From Alphaproteobacteria bacterium (GTDB lineage: Bacteria; Pseudomonadota; Alphaproteobacteria; MPNO01; UBA830), in the NCBI GenBank assembly GCA_964291215.2, contig OZ219790.1, forward strand, positions 1,408,001 through 1,472,000: 64,000 bases of DNA. Direction: 5' to 3'. A program made the position numbers and the translations under genes. Positions 24,674 through 34,354 of this stretch are shown piece after piece. Under the pieces are notes generated by a model. That model was not told the origin of the DNA and ran no database searches. It was given only the letters and a program-made list of their open reading frames with translations. Each line of letters begins with the position of its first letter. The first letter of the stretch is position 1.

Positions 24674-25029
24674 TCCAGAGCCCCCTTGCGCCATTCATAG
24701 ACGAAGCCGACGGCAAGCACGCCGAGAAACGCCATCATCGACCAGAACCCGAACAGGCCGGTATCGGACAACGAGACCGCCCACGGAAACAGGAACGCGA
24801 TCTCGAGGTCGAAGATGATGAACAGGATCGCGACCAGATAGAATCGGACGTCGAACTGGCCGCGCGCGTTGTCAAAGGCGTCGAAGCCGCATTCGTAGGC
24901 CGACACCTTCTCGGGGTCGGGGCGCTGGCGGGCGACGATGTAAGACGCGATCACCGCCGCGGCAGCCATGCCTGCGGCGATCCCGATGAACAGCAGGATG
25001 GGCAGGTATTCCCGCAGCATGTCGTGCAT
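24664..25029 (-). CDS. nuoA: NADH-quinone oxidoreductase subunit A
   Basis: [26 protein letters not shown]. Confidence 0.96.
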   Translation of the reverse strand: MHDMLREYLPILLFIGIAAGMAAAAVIASYIVARQRPDPEKVSAYECGFDAFDNARGQFDVRFYLVAILFIIFDLEIAFLFPWAVSLSDTGLFGFWSMMAFLGVLAVGFVYEWRKGALEWE

Positions 25030-25220
25030 GTGCGCGCTCCGCATATGGCTGGTTCCATCCCGGCAGGCACGGACATGCCGGACCGTGCGAGCAGCAGGGC
25101 CGCTCCGGCCGCGCCCGGTGGCGCGACGCCGGGCCGTTTATACGGCCAATGGAACAGGAATTCAAAGTCCCCTGCGAATCTCCGCACCCGGCCGCCGGGG
25201 CGGCAGACAGACAGGGAATG

Positions 25221-25298
25221 TGGCGGGAGTGACGGGACTCGAACCCGCGGCCTCTGGCGTGACAGGCCAGCGCTCTAACCAAACTGAGCTACACCCCC
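25221..25298 (-). tRNA. tRNA-Asp (GTC)
   Basis: GGGGGTGTAGCTCAG...CCTGTCACG...GGTTCGAGTCCC...CCA. Confidence 0.96.
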
Positions 25299-25550
25299 GG
25301 GGAACCCGGCCGCCGCGCGGACGCGGGGCGCGAGCGTTGTCGTTCGCCCGACAGGAGCGTCAATCTACACCATGGCCGGGCCGCCGTCCACAGCAATCTT
25401 GCGGACCATCGTCCGGTCAAGCCTCCCCGCCGTGCGCGCGCCCGGCGGCGGCGGTTCGACAGCCGCGGGCCTTTGTGCCACGGTCGGCCGCGAGCCTGCA
25501 TCCCGCCGCACCCGCCCGGATGCAGCGTCCAGGCCACGGGAGACGACCTC

Positions 25551-26519
25551 ATGAAATACCGCACACTCGGCTGCTGCACCGACGAGATTTCTGCGATCGG
25601 GCTCGGCTGCATGACGATGACCGGCCTCTACGGGCCGGCCGACGACGGCAAATCGGTGGCCACCGTCCAGGCCGCGCTCGATGCCGGGATGAACTTCATC
25701 GACACCTCCGACTTCTACGGCGCGGGCCAGAACGAGGAGATGCTCGCCGGTGCGCTCAAGGGCCGCCGCGACACGGCCTTCATTGCCACCAAGTTCGGCA
25801 ATCTCGGCAGCCGCGCCGACGGTCGGCCGGAGTACGTCGCCGAGGCCTGCGAAAGGAGCCTTGCCCGGCTCGGGATCGACGTGATCGATCTCTATTTCCA
25901 GCACCGCGTCGATCCCGACGTGCCGATCGAGGACACGGTCGGTGCCATGGCGCGCCTCGTCGAACAGGGCAAGGTGCGCTGGCTCGGCCTCTCCGAAGCC
26001 GGGCCCGAAACCATCCGCAGGGCGCACGCGACGCATCCGATCGCGGCGCTGCAGACCGAGTATTCCCTGTGGACGCGCTTCGTCGAGACCGACTACCTCG
26101 CGCTCCTGCGGGAACTCGGCATCGGCTTCGTCGCCTATTCGCCGCTCGGCCGCGGCATGCTGACAGGCGCCATCGAGGGATTCGGAAGCCTCGCGGAGAA
26201 CGACCGCAGGAAGGACCACCCCCGCTTCAAGGAGGGCAACATCGAGGCCAACGTCAGGATCGTCCGGCCGCTTGCGGATATCGCGGCCGAAAAGGGCGTA
26301 AGCAGCGCGCGGCTCGCCCTCGCCTGGCTACTCGCGCAGGGCGACGACATCGTGCCGATTCCGGGCATGCGCCGGCGCGCCCACCTCGCGGACAACATCG
26401 TGGCAGCCGATCTCGAACTGTCGCCCGAGGAGGCGCGGCGGATCGGCGATTCGATAGCCGCGGGCGCGGTGGCGGGCACGCGCTATCCCGAACAGCAGCT
26501 TCCCGGCCTCGGTCTCTGA
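25551..26519 (+). CDS. Aldo/keto reductase
   Basis: GLGCM, DTSDFYG, ATKFG, YFQHRVD, YSPLGRG, PIPG. Confidence 0.93.
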   Translation: MKYRTLGCCTDEISAIGLGCMTMTGLYGPADDGKSVATVQAALDAGMNFIDTSDFYGAGQNEEMLAGALKGRRDTAFIATKFGNLGSRADGRPEYVAEACERSLARLGIDVIDLYFQHRVDPDVPIEDTVGAMARLVEQGKVRWLGLSEAGPETIRRAHATHPIAALQTEYSLWTRFVETDYLALLRELGIGFVAYSPLGRGMLTGAIEGFGSLAENDRRKDHPRFKEGNIEANVRIVRPLADIAAEKGVSSARLALAWLLAQGDDIVPIPGMRRRAHLADNIVAADLELSPEEARRIGDSIAAGAVAGTRYPEQQLPGLGL

Positions 26520-27179
26520 GCCCGACAACGGCCGGCCCGTGGCCACCGCGCCGACGCTCCGGAACCGGTGGAGGCACGGACATCCGCAGCCAGCCTGGTC
26601 GAGCGGTGGATGCGCCGGTCGGGAAAGGCGGCAACGGTTCCGCGATCTCGGCGACGGCAGGAGATTCCACAAGCAAGGTCGCTGCCGGCGGGTGACCGCC
26701 GTCGGCAGCCGCCCGGAGTTCGGAAAGCTTGCACACGGGATGCCAGCAATATCACCACGTGGCATCGTCGATGTATTGCGAGGCGATCTCTTCTCCCCCT
26801 CTGCCTCGCGCATCCGCCGACCGGACCGACACGGAATCGTCGCGAACCGGGAACGCGTTGTTCCTTCCATCATGCCGGCAGCTGCAAGGACAAACTCGCG
26901 GGCGGCCCGCGAGCAGACTGCACGTTCGCATTCCGGCCTCGTCCGGACAGCCCGCATGCCGCGCTGGCACGGAACGTGTCCAGCCGCCCCAGGACCAGCG
27001 CCGGCCGATGTTCCGCCGCCGGGCGACGCCAGCATCGGGGTGATGTCTCGCCACCGTTCCCGGGCGAGATGCCCGGCTGCGCGCGGTGTCGTCGCCGGCC
27101 GCCATTCATCACGAGGGTCGTCCGCGACGGAAATTGGTGTACCCTGCGCGCGACGACGGCAAAGGGAGGGCAGCGCTCC

Positions 27180-28214
27180 ATGAATCCCGTACCGATCGGC
27201 GTCTTCGACCATGTCGACCGCCGCCCCGAAGTTTCGCTCAAGCAGACCTACGAGGACCGCCTCAAGCTCGTCGAGGCCTATGATCGTGCCGGGTTCTACG
27301 CCTACCAGATCGCCGAGCACCACGCGACGCCGCTCGCTATGGCGCCGTCGCCGGGGATCTTCCTGTCCCTGGTCGCGCAGCGAACCGAGCGCATCCGCTT
27401 CGGGCCGATGGTCTACGTGCTGCCGCTGCATCATCCGCTCCGCCTTCTCGAGGAGGTGTGCATGCTGGACCAGCTCTCGGCGGGCCGGTTCGAACTCGGG
27501 GTCGGGCGCGGCGTGTCACCGCTCGAGCTCGCGCATTACGGCGTCGACCGCAACGAGGCACGGACGATATATGACGAGACCCTGGAGATCCTCCTCAAGG
27601 GCCTGGCCATGGGCGCAGACGACCTCACCCATCATGGCCGGCATTTCGATTTCGAGAACGTGCCCGTAGCCTTCGAGGCCGTACAACGACCGCACCCGCC
27701 GGTCTGGGCGGGCATCGGCACGGCAGACGGCGCGCGGCGCGCCGGGGCGCTCGGCCGGAACGTGCTGACCAATTCGCCACTCGCCTTCGCCGGCGAGATC
27801 ATGAAGCTCTATGCCGACGCCTATGCCGAGAACCACGGCGGTGGGGAGCTGCCGAAGATGGCCGTCTGCCGCCACATCTACGTGGCGCCCACGGACGCTG
27901 AGGCGGTGGCGGTGATGCGCGGGGCCTACAGGGCGTGGTGGGATCACTTCATCGCGCTGTGGAAGCGCCACGGCGCCGATGTTGTGGTCGCTCAGTACGA
28001 GGAGGATTTCGATGCCTCGCGGGCCAAGGACCTGTTCGTCGTCGGCTCGCCGGCTACGGTCGCCGCCGAGATCGAGCGCTCCCTCGAAGTGTCAGGCACC
28101 AACTACTTCGTCGCCCGCTTCGCGTACGGCTCGCTCACCTACGAGCAGTCGCGCGCCGCGCTCGACCTGTTCGTCGACGAGGTGATGCCGAAGGTGGGCC
28201 TCCGCATACAGTAA
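27180..28214 (+). CDS. LLM-class flavin-dependent oxidoreductase (luciferase-like)
   Basis: AEHH, LPLHHPLRLLEEVCMLDQLSAGRFELGVGRG, QRPHPPVW. Confidence 0.92.
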   Translation: MNPVPIGVFDHVDRRPEVSLKQTYEDRLKLVEAYDRAGFYAYQIAEHHATPLAMAPSPGIFLSLVAQRTERIRFGPMVYVLPLHHPLRLLEEVCMLDQLSAGRFELGVGRGVSPLELAHYGVDRNEARTIYDETLEILLKGLAMGADDLTHHGRHFDFENVPVAFEAVQRPHPPVWAGIGTADGARRAGALGRNVLTNSPLAFAGEIMKLYADAYAENHGGGELPKMAVCRHIYVAPTDAEAVAVMRGAYRAWWDHFIALWKRHGADVVVAQYEEDFDASRAKDLFVVGSPATVAAEIERSLEVSGTNYFVARFAYGSLTYEQSRAALDLFVDEVMPKVGLRIQ

Positions 28215-28244
28215 CGGGAACCTCTCTCAAGGCTGGAAGAGTAA

Positions 28245-29388
28245 GGGCTATCGCCAAAATAAATAGGTCATTATGTCCGTGGCGTGAGGGTGTAGTTCCA
28301 CTCGCCGTGGAACAGGTCTCTGCGGATGGCGAGGCCATCCATCTGATCGTCGCTGACCTTGACCCCGAGCGGATAGCTGTTCTCGTCGAGGTACGAGCGT
28401 ATGGTGAGGCCGGTGGCGGCGATCAGCTTGACGATCACCTGGTAGCTGACGAGGGGCCGGCCGCGCCAGTTCCGGGTGATGTGGCAGAACATCCGGTGCT
28501 CGATCTTGTTCCACTTTCCGGGCGGGAAGCGGGCCACCGACACCTTCAACCCGAGTTCGTCGGCGAGGTGCTGCAGCTTCCACAGCCGGTTGCGGCTGCT
28601 GCCGTCGGCGGTGATCAGCAGGCGCCCGGCATAGAGCAGTTGGCCCATCTGCCGCCACCAGCGGCGCAGGGTCTCGACCGCGAATGCCGCCGTGTCATGT
28701 CCGACGCTGACCCGGCCGGCATTGGCGGTGAGATCGTAGACCCCGCAGGGGATCGCCTTGCCGAGCTCGGGGAAGTCATGCACGTTGACGGCTTCAGGGT
28801 CGCCCTTGGGCCGCCATTGCGGTACTGGATTTCCTTCTTCTTGGTGTCACCACAGGCTGGCCTCTGGAACGCGCGCACCCGGCGCGTCGGAACTGCGCAT
28901 CCCGGTGCTGGCGGCCTTCCAGCGTCTTGCGATTGGCCTGGAGGCTGTACCCCGGATCGTGGAGCAGCCGGTTCACCGTGCGCTCGCTGACCCTCGACCG
29001 CAAGACGGTCCGCCAGCGGCACTGTGAAACCGCAATGAACTCTCCGGATCGCCGCGCGTCATCGGTTCAAGCTCGCGCGCCGCCACCAAACCCGGATCCG
29101 TCACCCGCTTGCGCCCGCCGCCGGGGCGACGCAAACGTCCTGAAGGAATCTCACTCGAAGACTCGCAGGCTGCGTCCGAATCAAGCTCCTCCGGCGCGAA
29201 CGGTGCCCATCCCCGTCGCCTCGACCACTCGCCCGATGGCACGGGCCGCCGCCCACAGGCGCCGCGCACGTTCGTTCAGAACCGGACGCAACACCACAAA
29301 CTTGGATCGCAGCGTATCGACCATCGCTTCCATGGCATCATCGATGGCAAATCCACACCAAAAAAACAATCTATTTTGGCGTGAGTCC
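28245..29388 (-). mobile_element. ISAzo13-family IS with a degraded transposase
   Basis: Fragments LNERARRLWAA, RRPGGGRK, YSLQANRKTLEG, HDFP, KWNKIEHRMF, HGEWNY; imperfect TIRs gggctatcgccaaaata / ggactcacgccaaaata; TAA on both flanks. Confidence 0.9.
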
Positions 29389-29656
29389 TAAGCGTTCGCT
29401 CGTGCGGTGATGACGATCTGCGGCGGGTTTATTTGGGCGGTTGCAAGAAGGGCGCTGGTAATCGGAATTCGGCTGTGCTATCAGGTCGTGCATGGTCATG
29501 TGCATCAAGGATTTCGTGTCATCATCGGGTGCGGACGCCGCTGGCGACGTGCCGCAGTCGTCGTGTCGTGATTCGGTCACCTGGAAGTCCCTGTACGATC
29601 GCGAGCGTATTCGAGCCGAGGCTGCGGAGGGTCGCTGTGAGGATCTGCGCTTGTGT
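29389..29656 (+). mobile_element. IS66-like left end and transposase N-terminal remnant
   Basis: The empty site reconstructs GTAAGCGTTCG (IS66-type end). It is followed by the coiled-coil WKSLYDRERIRAEAAEGRCEDLR. Confidence 0.55.
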
Positions 29657-31479
29657 TGTCGGTTGGATAAACCGGCGGGATTTCGGCGATTCGCCGCGCT
29701 TTTCAGGATCGTGTTTCTTTCCTGTTGTCAGGTCCTGTTGTCGCGGTTTCAGTGTTTGTCTGTTTGTCTCTGTGAACCCCGCCCGTTTTCTTCCCTGTTG
29801 TCGTTCCGGTCCGGTTCCGGTTTTTCTGCCGGCATGTGATCCGGGCTCCTGAGGGTTGTCGGGAGGGTTCTAGTAGTCCACCGACATTGTATTGATGATT
29901 TTTGGTGGGTAGTATTTCCGTGTCGGCGTTCGTTGGAATCTGGACAGTGCGGATATCCACACGGGCAAGATGCCGAACGGGCAGGCAGCAGCGGCCCCAT
30001 GCGCAGGTCCGGACAACGGGCATGCCCGCAGGTCTTCGGGGCAATGACAGGAGCGGCGCATATGGCCAACTCCCAAGGCAGGAAGCTCTACCGCGTGACC
30101 CTTTCAACGCAGGAGCGCCAGGATCTGAAGGCGATCGTCGACGGTACCGGGGCCGCCTGGCACAGGTCCTGATGCTGAGGGGCGCTTGTCGATGCCGACA
30201 TTGCGCAAGGGCTGGGCATCGGCACGGCGACGGTCGAGCGTTTGCGCAAGCGCTGCGTCCTGGAGGGACGCCGCCCTCAGCCGCAAGGAGCAGGTGAACC
30301 GCCGGCCAAAACGGCTGGACGGGGCGATGGAGGCGAAGCTGATCTCGTCCCCGCCCGAGGGCTGTGGACGCTGCTCGCCGGCCGTCTGGTGGAGATCGTC
30401 GAGCGCATTTTGGAAGAGACGGTCAGGAAGACGCTAAAAAAGAGATCAAGCCGTGGCTGAACTGGTGCATTCCACCGCACCGGAGGGCACAGTTCGTGGC
30501 GGCGGTGTGCTTGACATTTATCAGCGGGACTTTGCCAGGGACGAGGTGCTGAGACCAGCCGGCAGCAGACGAAGGAAACCCCCCGTCCTCCGGTCAGCCG
30601 GAGGTGGTCGACTATGAATATGAGCGCAACGGCACGGCCAACCTCTTCATGGCCTTTGCGCCCAACGAGAACTGGCGCACGGTGAAAGTCACCGACCGCC
30701 GCGGGACTGGGCGCACTTCATCCGGGAGCTTGCCGACGACCATTTCCCCGATAGAAAGATCGTACTGGACAATCTGAACACGCACAGTCGCTGTATGAAG
30801 CCTTCGAGCCTGAGGAGGCGGGTACGAAAGCGGTTCGAGTTTCGCTACACGCCGAAGCACGGGAGCTGGCTCAACATGGCCGAGATCGGTGCGCTGTCGC
30901 GGCAGTGCCTTCGGCGACGCATTCCCGACCGTGACACCATGCGGCGGGAGACGGCGGCGTGGGTGGAACGGCGCAATGCGGCCGATGTCACTGTCGACTG
31001 GCGTTTCACGACGAAGGATGCCCGGACGAAACTGAAGTCTATATATCCATCAATCTAATAATGTCATACTGCTAGTGTTTCGCGGGACCGTCTGCTTCCC
31101 TGTCGTCCGGGCCCGGGGCGCCCTCGCGACGCCAGCACCAACAGATCAGCCTCGCCGCAAGGAGCCCTCCCAACGTCAGGACCATCGTCCTCGCGCAGGA
31201 CCACGATGAGACCGGAGAACGTCAGGCAGAAACCCTGCGCACAAGGCTGAAGGTCCCCCTCGCGTCACGCTCCACAGACGCCGACCGCAAGAAAACGCCG
31301 ACTGGAACGACATCATCAACACCAGAGCACAGGACCCGACAACAGGCAGAAAACGAAGACCGCGCGGCCTCTCGTCAACGCCGCATGTCCTCGTACCCGT
31401 GTTCGCCCAATCCACACGGCCAACCGCTCAAAAGCGCGGTTCTCCGCCGAAATCCCGCCGTTCTGAATCGCCGCCGACA
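29657..31479. mobile_element. Non-coding element with long inverted arms (TGTC...GACA ends, IS21-like), itself interrupted by IS630
   Basis: cggcgggatttcggcg..ccgcgctttt occurs at both ends in inverted orientation. An inner inverted block reads acaggacc(t/c)gacaacagg. Confidence 0.6.
29870..31075 (+). mobile_element. IS630-family IS with a degraded transposase
   Basis: DYEYERNGTANLFMAF, LDNLNTH, FRYTPKHGSWLNMAEI, WRFTTKDARTKLKSIYP; CTAG at both ends and imperfect TIRs. Confidence 0.9.
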
Positions 31480-31484
31480 GCTTA

Positions 31485-31735
31485 CAGGAGGTGGAGGAAC
31501 GGCTGGAGGTGGCGGAGGACGCCTGCTCGTGCTGCGGCACGTTGCCAACGGTTCGCACCAGGATCATCGAGATCAAAAGCGGCGGATTGTCCGCCCGCGC
31601 CGGGGCTGTGACTGCCCCGGTTCACCGAGCGAGGTGGCGGCTGTTTCCCGGCGCCGCATTCGGGTGTGGACGCATGTGCTGCACGAGCACTTTGCGTGCA
31701 TGCGCGCCGAGTCGCGCGCATGGCTTCCCTATCGA
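31485..31735 (+). pseudogene. IS66 transposase zinc-finger-region remnant
   Basis: EERLEVAEDACSCCG..RTRIIEI..RRIVRPR..CDCPGSP..RLFPG..VWTHVLHE, read across frames. Confidence 0.55.
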
Positions 31736-31803
31736 AGGCCGTTTGAGATATAATCGCGTACAATCGCACCCCGACGAGGCTGATGGAGCGCCGGAGGCTA
31801 GAA

Positions 31804-32859
31804 ATGACCTTCCTCAACAGTTTCGAGGCCGTCCACTATCGAGGCATAGATGGCCTGTCGTTCCCACACCTTGCACGCGCAAACCTCATCACGGGTGTGA
31901 ATGGAGTGGGAAAGACGGCGGTCCTGGAAGCAATGTGGTTATTTACCGGGCGAGACAACACATCCCTGCTGTGGAATCAACATGTGCAACGCACCGATAA
32001 GCCAGTACTTAACCCTGTTGCAAGGCTGGCGAAAGAAGCACTGGAACTCCGGGGCAAGGAACGAGGTTCATGCCATAGTCTTAGGGCTGCTTACCGGAAA
32101 TTGGCGGATATAGAAAGAAACGACAAAATTCTGACAGGACCTGTGCCAGGAACTCTACCTGAGATAGCGCCGGTGATCGCGCGCATCGATATCGAGTTAG
32201 ATGAAAGCGCTGTGAGTGAAGAAACTACAGGAACAACGATAACGCCTTGGGGGGGCGTTGTATTCAAAAAACCGCAAATACCTGCGGAACGAAATAATTC
32301 TATTATTTTTGGAACAAGTTTCCACCCCCCAACACAAAACGATTTTCTTCTACGATATTCGGATATGGTCAGAGCGAACTTCAAGAATAGTTTTACGGAA
32401 GCGGTCAACATGATTCTTCCGAAAATTCGCGATATAGAAATCCTTACGAACGAAATCGGTGAGTCGTATCTTTCTGCTCACACGAACGACGGTATGCAGT
32501 TACCGCTCCACGACTTGGGTGGCGGTGTCCAGCAGTTGTCCCAGTTGTACTTGGGTTTTTTCGGCTCTCGCGGTGGTGCATTTTTTGCGGATGAAATGGA
32601 AAACGGACTGCATCATTCCGTTCTGGAAAATGTTTGGTCCCATTCGCGCACGTGGATGCGCGAATGGGACGTGCAATTGGTGGCAACGACCCATAGCGGC
32701 GAGTGCATCCGGGCGGCGATGGCTGCGTTCGAGGACGCACCGGACGAACTGGCAATTCACAAGCTCTACAGGAACGGTGAAACGGGGAAAGTGGAGGCGA
32801 CGACCTTCACCAGCGGGGCCTTGGAAGGTGCGCGCGAGATCAATCTGGAGACCCGGTAA
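31804..32859 (+). CDS. ABC-type (AAA_15/AAA_21) ATPase
   Basis: YRGI, Walker A GVNGVGKT, signature LGGG, Walker B/D-loop FADEMENGLH, H-loop TTHS; visibly lower GC; TATAAT at 31749-31754. Confidence 0.9.
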   Translation: MTFLNSFEAVHYRGIDGLSFPHLARANLITGVNGVGKTAVLEAMWLFTGRDNTSLLWNQHVQRTDKPVLNPVARLAKEALELRGKERGSCHSLRAAYRKLADIERNDKILTGPVPGTLPEIAPVIARIDIELDESAVSEETTGTTITPWGGVVFKKPQIPAERNNSIIFGTSFHPPTQNDFLLRYSDMVRANFKNSFTEAVNMILPKIRDIEILTNEIGESYLSAHTNDGMQLPLHDLGGGVQQLSQLYLGFFGSRGGAFFADEMENGLHHSVLENVWSHSRTWMREWDVQLVATTHSGECIRAAMAAFEDAPDELAIHKLYRNGETGKVEATTFTSGALEGAREINLETR

Positions 32860-33506
32860 TGGCGGCCGCGGACGATGGTGCGCCAAGGCTGGAAATACGT
32901 TCGGACTGTCTCTTGCTTGTGGAAGGTCGGGACGAGGTCAACCTGTTCGACCCGCTCCTCAAACACTCTCTCGGCACCACAGGGAAGCGGGACATACAGA
33001 TTATCGATGCGGGGGGAAAGCACAGATTCCGAAATAATCTCGCGGCAATCGCAGCTGCCGCCCGCGTACCGCCGCCACTCCGTGCAATCGGCGCGGTTCG
33101 GGATGCGGACGACAACGCTCGAAGCGCATTCCAGAGCATTTGCTACGCGCTTCGCGATGCCGGCTACGAACCGCCTTCGGCCCATGGAGCGGTTTCGGAC
33201 GGCAACCCGCGGGTGGGCGTTTTCATTCTGCCGGACGGCGCAGGAACCGGCGCTGTCGAGACCCTCTGTCGGCAATCCGTCACCGGGGATAAGGCAAGCC
33301 GGTGCGTCGAAGCCTTTATCGACTGCCTGAAGGAGCGGCGCGTCCTGTGCCCCCGGAATGAGGACAAGACCTTCGCCCATGCTTACCTGGCCGCCGGGAA
33401 GGACCCCGTGGCGCGGGTCGGCGAAGGCGCCCGGCAGGGTGTGTGGGATTTCGGTTCCGAGGCGTTCGCGGAAATGTCCGATTTCCTCCGAGAACTGTTC
33501 GCATAG
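32859..33506 (+). CDS. DUF3226-like (TOPRIM-like) protein, translationally coupled to the ATPase
   Basis: LLLVEGRDE, DAGG, GAVRDAD, GVFILPD..GAVETLC, KTFAHAYLA; TAATG overlap. Confidence 0.75.
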   Translation: MAAADDGAPRLEIRSDCLLLVEGRDEVNLFDPLLKHSLGTTGKRDIQIIDAGGKHRFRNNLAAIAAAARVPPPLRAIGAVRDADDNARSAFQSICYALRDAGYEPPSAHGAVSDGNPRVGVFILPDGAGTGAVETLCRQSVTGDKASRCVEAFIDCLKERRVLCPRNEDKTFAHAYLAAGKDPVARVGEGARQGVWDFGSEAFAEMSDFLRELFA

Positions 33507-33532
33507 GTGCTGTCTGGAATTAGTCGGAACTT

Positions 33533-33583
33533 GCAAGCGTTCGTCGTGCGGTGATGACGATCTGCGCACGAACGAACGCTTGC
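33533..33583. repeat. 51-bp palindromic mini-element related to the IS66-like end at 29389
   Basis: gcaagcgttcgtcgtgcg...cgcacgaacgaacgcttgc; about the first 33 bp are nearly identical to 29390-29421. Confidence 0.75.
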
Positions 33584-33636
33584 CACGTCCGGATACCTAT
33601 TGATCGCGGGCCGCGGCAAGGAGTATCAATAATGGT

Positions 33637-33870
33637 ATGAAAACAACCGTCTCGATTCCCGACGACATTTTCGAACGCGCCGAGCGACTGGCCTTGCAGA
33701 AACGGCGGTCCCGGAGCGAAGGGTACGCGGCCGCGCTCGACGAGGATCTCGCGCGCCATGCGCAGGACGAGGTCACGGACGTAATGGACCGGGTATACGG
33801 CAAGGTCGGAGAGAACGATCGTGCCTTCCTTCCCGCAGCCGGCAAGCAGGTGCTCGCCGACACCGAATAG
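33637..33870 (+). CDS. CopG/RHH antitoxin (ChpI/MazE-like)
   Basis: MKTTVSIPDDIFERAERLA..RSRSE.YAAAL; followed by a MazF-like start. Confidence 0.75.
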   Translation: MKTTVSIPDDIFERAERLALQKRRSRSEGYAAALDEDLARHAQDEVTDVMDRVYGKVGENDRAFLPAAGKQVLADTE

Positions 33871-34181
33871 TGATCTCCCGGGGCGATGTGTGCCGGGCCG
33901 GGCGGGGACAGGAGGATCTCGGCGACATGCGGCCGAGGGATCCAGGCTGCTCGCTTCACGACCATACCCTGATCCAGCCGAAGACAGAATTCTCCCACAA
34001 CATCGCGCTCTCGACCCAGACCATATTTCCGAGCCTGATCATCCAGGCACGGTCCGATACCCTGGCTACCCGTCACGTGATTCCGGAGGGCATTGACCGG
34101 TATGAGCTGATCTGGACGTTTTTCGGCCATGCGGAAGACGATGCGGGGACACAGCAGGCGTCCAAAGCCTGCATGACGTGA
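33870..34181 (+). pseudogene. Chimeric relic: a few MazF/PemK N-terminal codons joined to a C-terminal fragment of a Rieske ring-hydroxylating alpha subunit
   Basis: VISRGDV.. followed by QTIFPSLIIQ..TLATRHVIPEGIDRYELIWTFFGHAEDD (NagG-like). Confidence 0.6.
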
Positions 34182-34228
34182 CCCCGCCAGCCGCCACGGA
34201 GCGCATCGAAAATTCTCGGAACAGGGGT

Positions 34229-34304
34229 TGGTGGGCGGTGACGGGATCGAACCGCCGACCTACGCGGTGTAAACGCGTCGCTCTCCCAGCTGAGCTAACC
34301 GCCC
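34229..34304 (-). tRNA. tRNA-Val (TAC)
   Basis: GGGCGGTTAGCTCAG...TTTACAC...GGTTCGATCCC...ACCA. Confidence 0.96.
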
Positions 34305-34354
34305 GGTGGCGGGATCTTATCACGGCGGATCGCCCGCCGCACCATGTTCCGGGC

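Noticed and set aside
10995-25029. Unusual features in the nuo operon
   Set aside because: It has the canonical 14-gene A-N order with no insertions or fusions. The long N-terminal extensions in the ORF track are start-call artefacts.
26520-27179. 660-bp gap as an ncRNA or an N-terminal extension of the LLM protein
   Set aside because: No recognisable RNA motif or repeat was found, and the upstream in-frame translation is not protein-like.
29390-33566. Roughly 32-bp direct repeat as attL/attR of an integrated element
   Set aside because: It is better explained as IS66-type ends. The second copy is half of a palindrome, and there is no integrase.
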